DNA from: an uncultured Chloroflexia bacterium
Lineage (GTDB): Bacteria; Chloroflexota; Limnocylindria; Limnocylindrales; CSP1-4
Direction of reading: 5' to 3'
Assembly (NCBI GenBank): GCA_963700555.1
Contig: CAVOXZ010000011.1
Coordinates: 306,243-370,242 of the forward strand
DNA: 64,000 bases
Numbering within the stretch: the first letter of the stretch is position 1; every line of letters begins with the position of its first letter. Shown here piece by piece: positions 57,913 to 64,000 of this stretch. A program made the translations under genes and the position numbers. The notes under the pieces were generated by a model that was given only the letters and a program-made list of their open reading frames with translations, did no database searches and was not told where the DNA came from.

Positions 57913-59553
57913 CTAGGTCTCCGCTCCCGCAGTTGCCGCTCCCGCAGTTGCATTTCCCGTGGCCGCCGCTCCCGTGGCCGCCGCGAGGCGGTCGGGGATC
58001 GCGGGCGGGCGCTCCGGCACGTGCAGCGCCGTGAACGCCGCCTCGAGCGCCCCGCGGACCTCGGCCGGCTGGCGGGCGTACGTCGCCCGCGACACGACGA
58101 CGATCGCGATGAACGCCGCGGGAACGCTGATCAGCGCGGGCTGATCCCACGTCCACAGGCCGGCAAGCTTGCCGATGACCACCACGGCGGCAATGCCGCC
58201 GCCCACCATCAGGCCGGCGAGGGCCCCCTGCTCGGTCATCCGGCGCCACCAGATCCCGGCCGTGAGGAGCGGGAAGAACGTGCTCGCCGCGACCGCGAAG
58301 GCCAGCCCGACCATCCAGGCGATGTTGACGCCGCGGAAGCCGAGGCCCACCGCGATGGCCAGCACGCCGAACACGACCACGGCGACCTTTGCGGCCCGCA
58401 TCTTCTGCTTCTCGCTCGCGTCCGGGCGGAGGATCGAGCCGTAGAAGTCGTGGGCGAACGCCGAGCTGAGCGCGATCAGGAGCCCGGCCACCGTCGACAG
58501 CAGCGCGGCGATCGCGCCGGCCGCCACCAGGGCGGTTGCCCACCCCCCAGCCTCGCCGCTGGTCACCAGCATCATCGAGTTGGGGTTCGGCGACCCGCCC
58601 TCCACCAGCACCGCTGCCGGTCCGAGGACCATCCGCGCGTACGTGCCCCAGATCGGGGTGACCATGTAGAAGATGCCGATGAAGATCAGGACCCAGACCG
58701 TCGACCAGCGCGCCTTGGACGCGTTCGGGTTGGTGTAGAAGCGGGCCAGGATATGCGGCAGCCCGGCCGTGCCGCATACCAGCGCCACCAGCAGCGAGAT
58801 GCTGCCCGCCAGGTCCCACTGGTTGAACGGCCGGACCCACTGGGCGCCGCTGGAGATGCGTGCCTGCTCGGCCGCCGAGAACGCCGACGCCCCCGTCACG
58901 GTCGTGCCACTGGTGTCGCTCAGCGCGTAGGAGAGCAGGTCCCCGTAGCTGTGCTGCGAGAACAGGATGACCAGGGGGACCAGGATCGCGACGAGCATGA
59001 TCCAGAACTGCAGCATCTGGGTGATCGTGACGCCGGTCATGCCGCCCAGGGCCACGTACAGGATGATCACGCCTCCCAGCAGGATCACGCCCCACGCCCA
59101 CGGGATGCCGGTCACGCTCTCCATCAGCGTCCCGACGCCGACCATCTGGGCCACGATGTAGAGCGCCGAGATGACCACCGTCCACAGGATCCCGACCCGG
59201 CGCAGGCGGATGGATCCGAACCGCCCATGGCAGAAGTCCGGGATCGTGTACTGGCCGAACCGGCGAAGCGGGCTGGCGATGAACAGGAGCAGCAGCACGT
59301 AGCCGGCCGCGAAGCCGGTCGCGTACCAGACCCCGTCGAATCCGTTCGCCCAGATGAAGGCGGCCACGCCCAGGAACGAGGCGGCGCTCAGGTAGTTGCT
59401 CGAGATCGCCGACGCGTTCGTGAACACGCCGACGGACCGGCCCGCCACCCAGAAGTCGTTGAGGGTGGTGGCCCGCCGCGATGCATACAGGCCGATCGCG
59501 ATGGTGGCGACGAGGACGACGAGGGCTGCGAGGAGGGGGAGCTGGCTAGCCAA
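57913..59553 (-). CDS. Sodium:solute symporter family transporter (ActP-like cation/acetate symporter)
   Basis: 13-14 TM SSS topology. It is preceded by a DUF485 gene, as in yjcH-actP pairs. Confidence 0.85.
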   Translation of the reverse strand: MASQLPLLAALVVLVATIAIGLYASRRATTLNDFWVAGRSVGVFTNASAISSNYLSAASFLGVAAFIWANGFDGVWYATGFAAGYVLLLLFIASPLRRFGQYTIPDFCHGRFGSIRLRRVGILWTVVISALYIVAQMVGVGTLMESVTGIPWAWGVILLGGVIILYVALGGMTGVTITQMLQFWIMLVAILVPLVILFSQHSYGDLLSYALSDTSGTTVTGASAFSAAEQARISSGAQWVRPFNQWDLAGSISLLVALVCGTAGLPHILARFYTNPNASKARWSTVWVLIFIGIFYMVTPIWGTYARMVLGPAAVLVEGGSPNPNSMMLVTSGEAGGWATALVAAGAIAALLSTVAGLLIALSSAFAHDFYGSILRPDASEKQKMRAAKVAVVVFGVLAIAVGLGFRGVNIAWMVGLAFAVAASTFFPLLTAGIWWRRMTEQGALAGLMVGGGIAAVVVIGKLAGLWTWDQPALISVPAAFIAIVVVSRATYARQPAEVRGALEAAFTALHVPERPPAIPDRLAAATGAAATGNATAGAATAGAET

Positions 59554-59797
59554 TGCCGGCCTCCCCCTGGTCCTTGAGGTTCCGCTCCCAGCGGTTGGAG
59601 AAGACCGTGTACAGGATCGCGATGGCCCAGAACTCGAGGTGGAGCCACACGCCGACGTATAGCCACACGAACGGGATCCCCAGCACCGGCGTCAGCATCG
59701 CGTCCGGGGCCAGTTGATTCAGCACCGGGATGGTGAACACGCTGACCAGGAACACGGCGGCCAGGGCCAGGCTGAGTCGCAGCTGTCTGCGCTGCAT
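59546..59797 (-). CDS. DUF485 small membrane protein (YjcH-like partner of ActP)
   Basis: 83 aa with two TM helices. It overlaps the actP start by 8 nt. The upstream 350 codons of the track ORF are non-coding or antisense. Confidence 0.7.
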   Translation of the reverse strand: MQRRQLRLSLALAAVFLVSVFTIPVLNQLAPDAMLTPVLGIPFVWLYVGVWLHLEFWAIAILYTVFSNRWERNLKDQGEAGIG

Positions 59798-60024
59798 GGT
59801 CTCGAACGTCACGGTCACGCTCCACACGTCGCTGTCATTCGTTGCGCGGGACGCCGTCTGAATGCGGTGCGCCGCGTGGACAGGTGCGGCGAGCTCCGGG
59901 GACTCCCCGAGTCTGCCAGACGCGGAGCCGCCCGGGACGGTCGGCCAGTCACCGTTCAGCGATGACCTCCGGCACGTCTCCTGCGCGTGGACCCGGTGCG
60001 GCGTCCCTCGGCGCCAGGCCGCCG

Positions 60025-61255
60025 TCAGGCCGGCGCGGGCGGCTCCGGCGACGCTGCTCCCCGCGCGCTGACGTGCCGCGTCTCGGGCAGGAGGGCGATG
60101 AAGGGCAGAGCCAGCAGCGCGACGCTCGCCCCCACGATGAGGGCGATCTGGAGCCCGACGACCTCCCCGAGGGCTCCGATCGCGACGGTGCCGAGGGCGC
60201 TGGTCATCGTGATCGCAAAGATGCTGAGCCCGACCGCGGCTCCCCGGTTGTCGGGCATCAGCTCCTGCATCAGCACCAGCTGGACAGGCCCAGCGCTGAG
60301 AAGCACCACCCCGGCCAGGCCCAGGACGGCCAGCATGAGCGGACCCACCGGCATCGCGAGCGCGAAGACCAGGAGCGGAGCTCCCAGGCCGGCGGCGATC
60401 GCGAGCATCCGTCGGCGGCCGATCCGGTCCGACAGCGTGCCCCCGGCGAACGCGCCGATCGCGCCCCCGATCTCGAACGCGGTCACCGCCGCCCCGGCGA
60501 GCACGAGCCCGGACCCGGACCGGGTCAGGTACGTGGGGATGAACACGATCAGGCCAACGGTCGCCATCGAGAGCATCCCGCTGGCCGCGGCGAGGAGCAG
60601 GAAGCCGCGGCGCGCCGAGCGCAGGGCGGCCCGGATGGAGCCTGTCGGGTGACGGGCGTGGATCATGGGGCGGCTCGCGATGCGCAGGTACAGGAGCCCG
60701 GACACGACGACCCCGGGCACGATGGCGATCCAGCTCCAGCCGAGGCCGACGACCGACAGCACCGCGGCGATGAGGATCGGCCCGATGGCGCGCCCCGATT
60801 CGCCGCCCGCCATGAAGATGGAGGTCCCGCGGCCCCACCGGGTCCCGGACGAGCGGGTGACGAGGGCCGCCGCGGCCGGATGGAACACGGACGAGCTGAT
60901 GCCGGCAAGCACCAGCAGCAGCCCGGCGGCGACGACCCCGGGCGCGACCCCGAGCAGGCTGACGGCGATCGCGGTGGTGGTGGGGGCGAGGATGATCCAG
61001 TACCGGGTGTCGGCCCGGTCCGCCAGGTGACCGAGGATCGGCTGGACGGCCGTTGCCAGCCGGAACGAGGCCGCCAGCAGCCCGGCGACGGCGAGGCTGA
61101 TCCCGAGCTTGGGGATCAGCAGCGGCAGCAGGACGCCCACGAACGCGGGGTAGGCATCGTGGACGAGGTGGGCGGCAGACAGCGACAGGATCGTCGGGGT
61201 GTCGAATGGCGGGGCGGTGGGCGTGCGCGGCTCGTCGATGTCGGGAGGGGTCATG
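60025..61255 (-). CDS. MFS transporter
   Basis: 12-TM MFS. ATG at 61255 (MTPPDIDEPRTP...). The track ORF upstream extension is Arg/Gly-rich. Confidence 0.8.
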
Positions 61256-61336
61256 GAGCGCCTATTGTCGCCGGTTCGACCCTCGCCATGGCGGGAACGC
61301 CCCGCCAATCCGCGGACCTCCCATCCCGCGAGGCGT

Positions 61337-61365
61337 TTGACCACCCCTTGGTGCCCGCGTACACT
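61337..61365 (+). promoter_or_regulatory. Sigma-70-type promoter TTGACC-17-TACACT upstream of rpsU, followed by a structured leader of about 120 nt that contains the palindrome gcctgccggcaggc
   Basis: Near-consensus hexamers with 17-bp spacing. Confidence 0.55.
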
Positions 61366-61490
61366 CCGGCGGCCTGCCGGCAGGCTTGGCGTGCCTCGTG
61401 CGCGCACGGCCTCCGGGACGCCCTCTGCGCCGTCGGGCATCGCGCGCGGGAGGCGGGTACGAGACCCCTGCCCGAGGAGGTGAACCGGAT

Positions 61491-61676
61491 TTGGCCGAAG
61501 TCCGAGTGGGTGAGAACGAGACGTTCGAGAGCGCCCTCCGCCGCTTCAACAAGAAGATCCAGCAGAGCGGGATCCTTGCCGAGGCTCGTCGTCGTGAGCA
61601 CTACGAGAAGCCGTCGGTGAAGCGCAAGCGGAAGGAAGCGAAGCGCAAGAAGAACGCGCGCGCGAGCCAGGGCTGA
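61491..61676 (+). CDS. rpsU: 30S ribosomal protein S21
   Basis: TTG start with a GAGGAGG ribosome-binding site. [54 protein letters not shown] is a classic S21 sequence. Confidence 0.85.
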   Translation: MAEVRVGENETFESALRRFNKKIQQSGILAEARRREHYEKPSVKRKRKEAKRKKNARASQG

Positions 61677-61848
61677 GCCTCCCGGGCGCCGCGGCGGGTC
61701 GGATGACGATGATGCCGCCGCGGTCCCCATGGCCCACCCGAAGCGTCGGATCGGGGACCCGTCCCGGAACCCACCATCGGCGCAGCTCGCCGGCACGGAA
61801 CGACGTCGGGGCACAACGACGACGCCGTGACGCCCGAGGAGCCATCCG

Positions 61849-62325
61849 GTGACCCTTCGCGAACGACTGCATGACGACACGATCGCCGCGATGCGATCGG
61901 GTGACGCGCTGCGCCGCGACGTGCTGCGGATGGTGCAGAACGCGATCTACAACGTCGAGAAGAGCAAGCGGATCACCCTCTCCGACGAGGATCTGCTCGC
62001 CGTGCTCACGCGTGAGACCAAGACGCGCCGGGAGAGCGTCGAGGCCTTCCGCGGCGGAGGCCGCGAGGACCTGGTGGCGAAGGAGGAGGCGGAGATCGCC
62101 ATCCTCGCCGAGTACCTCCCCCAGCCCCTCACCGATGTCGAGCTGCGCGCCCTGGTGGAGCAGGGCGTGGCCGAGACAGGCGCCGCCTCGGCGCGGGACC
62201 TGGGCAAGGTGATGGGCTGGCTGTCGCCGCGGACCCGTGGCCGGGCCGATGGCAAGGTCGTGGCCGGCCTCGTGGCGCAGGCGCTCGCCAGCTCGGACCT
62301 GGCCGCACACGACACGGAGCATTGA
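61849..62325 (+). CDS. yqeY: GatB/YqeY domain protein
   Basis: LRERLHDDTIAAMRSGDALRRDVLRMV...EAEIAILAEYLPQPL is a typical YqeY sequence. It follows rpsU, as in Firmicutes. Confidence 0.85.
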   Translation: MTLRERLHDDTIAAMRSGDALRRDVLRMVQNAIYNVEKSKRITLSDEDLLAVLTRETKTRRESVEAFRGGGREDLVAKEEAEIAILAEYLPQPLTDVELRALVEQGVAETGAASARDLGKVMGWLSPRTRGRADGKVVAGLVAQALASSDLAAHDTEH

Positions 62326-62344
62326 CCTCCTGCGTCGGAGGGGC

Positions 62345-64000
62345 ATGACCATGCTCTCCAGATCTGCGGAGCACAGCAACCGCTTCACCCGCCGCGATTT
62401 CCTGCGCCTGATCCTGGCGTCCGTCCTGCTGGTCGCCGCGATGTCGCTCATCCTGGGCCTGGACTTCCTGCCCGCCCAGTCGCAGCTCGAGGTTGACAAG
62501 CCCGCACCGGCCAACGTCCAGGCGCCACGGGCGGGCCAGTACACGAGCATCATCCTCACCGGACAGGAGCGCCAGGCGGCCCGCGATGCCGTCGAGCCCC
62601 AGTACGACTACACGATCGAGCGGGGCGCGACGGTGGCCGCGGCGCAGCTGCGGGAGTTCGAGCGCAAGCTCAGCCCCATCGATGCCGCGTTCCGGCCGGA
62701 GGTCAACGCCGACGACCGCTCCCTGATCCTGAACGCGGTCCAGGTGAGCGGGCTGAGCGATGACGATCGGGCCACCCTGGTCGACCTGTCCGCCACGCGA
62801 TGGGAGGCTGTCCGCGCCGAGGCCTCCAGGGTGCTCGACACGGCCGAACGCTCCGAGCTCCGCGACACGGAGGTCGCGATGATGCGCGACGGCCTCGAGA
62901 GCCGGTTCGCGGGCGACCTCTCGACCGCCGAGGTGTCGCTGGGCGCCTCGCTCATCCGCCCGCTCGTCGTCCCCAACTCGTCGTTCTCCGAGGAGCTCAC
63001 GGCGCAGGCACGCGATCGGGCCGCCGAAGGCGTTGCGGACGTCGTCAGGACGTGGCAGCGCGGCGAGACCATCGTCCGCAGCGGCGACCGCGTGGACACG
63101 GTCGCGTTCGAGGCCATTGAGCACTTCAACCTCAACGAGGGTGGCCTCGACGTCGCCCGCCTCGGCGGCTTCGTGGTGCTCTCGCTGCTGGTCGTCGGCC
63201 TGATGCTCACCTGGCTCTGGCGGTTCCGGCGCGAGTTCTGGCATCGCAACAACGTCCTCCTCCTGCTGAGCCTGCTGCTGCTGGTCGCGGTGTTCGCCCT
63301 CAAGCTGACTGCCGGCCGAGCCTGGATGCCGTACGCGCTGCCGCTGGCGGCGGTGGGCATGCTGGTCACCGTCCTGCTCGATGCGGGCGTCGCGATGGTG
63401 CTCACGGCCCTGGTCGCGATCCTCGCCGCCACCGTCAACGGCGTGGCCGGGGGCAGCGCCGCGGGGCTCGAGCTGGCGGCGTACACGATGCTCGGTGGGG
63501 TGGCCGGGATCGTGGGCGTCCGTCGGGGTGACCGCCTCGCGGTGTTCGTGCAGGCGGGCGTCGGCGTGTTCGCCGTCCAGGCCCTGACGGTGGGCGTCTT
63601 CGCGCTGCTGGGCGACCAGGACATCCGGGGGATCCTGGAGCTCGCCGGGGCGGCCGCGGTGTCGGCAGGCGGCTCCGCCGTGGCGGCTGTCGGGTCGTTC
63701 GCCGTCATCGGATCCCTGTTCGGGATCGTGACCGTGTTCCAGCTCCTGGAGCTGGCCAACCCGTCGCAGCCGCTCCTCCGACGACTGCTGGTGGAGACGC
63801 CCGGGACGTATCACCACAGCCTGATGGTGGGCAACCTGGCCGAGCGGGCCACCGAGGTCATCGGCGGCGATCCGCTCCTCGCCCGCGTGGCGGCGTACTA
63901 CCACGACGTCGGCAAGCTCTCCAATCCGGCGGCATTCATCGAGAACCAGGCCGGTGGCGACAACGTGCATGACGAGCTGGACCCCGAGACCTCCGCGCAG
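62345..64000 (+). CDS. 7TM-receptor with HD/HDIG phosphohydrolase domain (YqfF/PgpH-like). The 3' end is partial at the window edge
   Basis: The ORF is open from ATG 62345 to the window end, so it is absent from the ORF track. It has an extracellular N-terminal domain, a 7-TM block and an HD motif (TYHHSLMVGNLAERA...AAYYHDVGK). Confidence 0.8.
   Translation, partial: MTMLSRSAEHSNRFTRRDFLRLILASVLLVAAMSLILGLDFLPAQSQLEVDKPAPANVQAPRAGQYTSIILTGQERQAARDAVEPQYDYTIERGATVAAAQLREFERKLSPIDAAFRPEVNADDRSLILNAVQVSGLSDDDRATLVDLSATRWEAVRAEASRVLDTAERSELRDTEVAMMRDGLESRFAGDLSTAEVSLGASLIRPLVVPNSSFSEELTAQARDRAAEGVADVVRTWQRGETIVRSGDRVDTVAFEAIEHFNLNEGGLDVARLGGFVVLSLLVVGLMLTWLWRFRREFWHRNNVLLLLSLLLLVAVFALKLTAGRAWMPYALPLAAVGMLVTVLLDAGVAMVLTALVAILAATVNGVAGGSAAGLELAAYTMLGGVAGIVGVRRGDRLAVFVQAGVGVFAVQALTVGVFALLGDQDIRGILELAGAAAVSAGGSAVAAVGSFAVIGSLFGIVTVFQLLELANPSQPLLRRLLVETPGTYHHSLMVGNLAERATEVIGGDPLLARVAAYYHDVGKLSNPAAFIENQAGGDNVHDELDPETSAQ

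Noticed and set aside
56839-59577. 912-aa ORF on the + strand
   Set aside because: It is antisense to the acyl-CoA synthetase and ActP genes.
59798-60838. Upstream extension of the DUF485 ORF (59546-60838) and ORF 59842-61620 (+)
   Set aside because: These overlap the minus-strand MFS gene in alternative frames. The DUF485 gene starts at the internal ATG at 59797.
62129-63970. 613-aa ORF on the - strand and ORF 62608-63759 (-)
   Set aside because: They are antisense to the 7TM-HD gene. That gene is open to the window end and therefore absent from the ORF track.
1-64000. Mobile elements, CRISPR arrays, rRNA or tRNA genes
   Set aside because: I saw no transposase, integrase or recombinase ORFs, no regularly spaced direct repeats, and no intergenic gap with tRNA-like GTTCGA T-loop architecture.

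Overview
This window is a very GC-rich bacterial chromosomal segment; third codon positions are almost all G/C. It holds about 60 genes. Most ORFs in the six-frame track lie antisense or out of frame to genes I can recognise, and I rejected them.

Gene order on the core genes resembles Firmicutes/Terrabacteria: rpsT, then lepA-hemW-hrcA-grpE-dnaK, then dnaJ-prmA-mtaB-HIT, then rpsU-yqeY-7TM-HD. The heat-shock cluster is split, because about 25 kb sits between dnaK and dnaJ.

That 25 kb block contains:
- trkH and trkA;
- a tandem pair of genes, each beginning with an LQRLAGN leader motif that resembles DUF4157 (a family linked to polymorphic toxins and eCIS). The second gene encodes a protein of about 1,200 aa that is Ala/Gly/Lys/Pro-rich and low in complexity;
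- a tetR-led menaquinone operon of nine genes, all joined by 4-nt ATGA/GTGA overlaps (tetR-menF-D-H-B-A-C-E-G). MenE is fused to an alpha/beta hydrolase, and the operon ends with a NifX/NifB-like gene;
- an MFS transporter;
- an HTH/PIN (vapBC-like) toxin-antitoxin pair with a leaderless promoter;
- a DrrAB-like ABC-2 exporter plus a second MFS transporter;
- a family-4/5 uracil-DNA glycosylase gene that carries an apparent +1 frameshift.

dnaJ carries a second apparent +1 frameshift inside a GC-alternating run.

Other content:
- a DegT-type aminotransferase, a PotABCD-like ABC importer, an LLM oxidoreductase and a LacI regulator in one cluster;
- a large protein with a PHP-like DSHVH motif;
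- a TetR plus MacB-like efflux operon;
- an actP/DUF485/acyl-CoA synthetase module;
- regulatory sites: a textbook CIRCE operator with a sigma-70 promoter upstream of hrcA, a 24-bp perfect palindrome upstream of the tetR-men operon, and a TTGACC-17-TACACT promoter upstream of rpsU.

I found no rRNA, tRNA, CRISPR, transposase or integrase.
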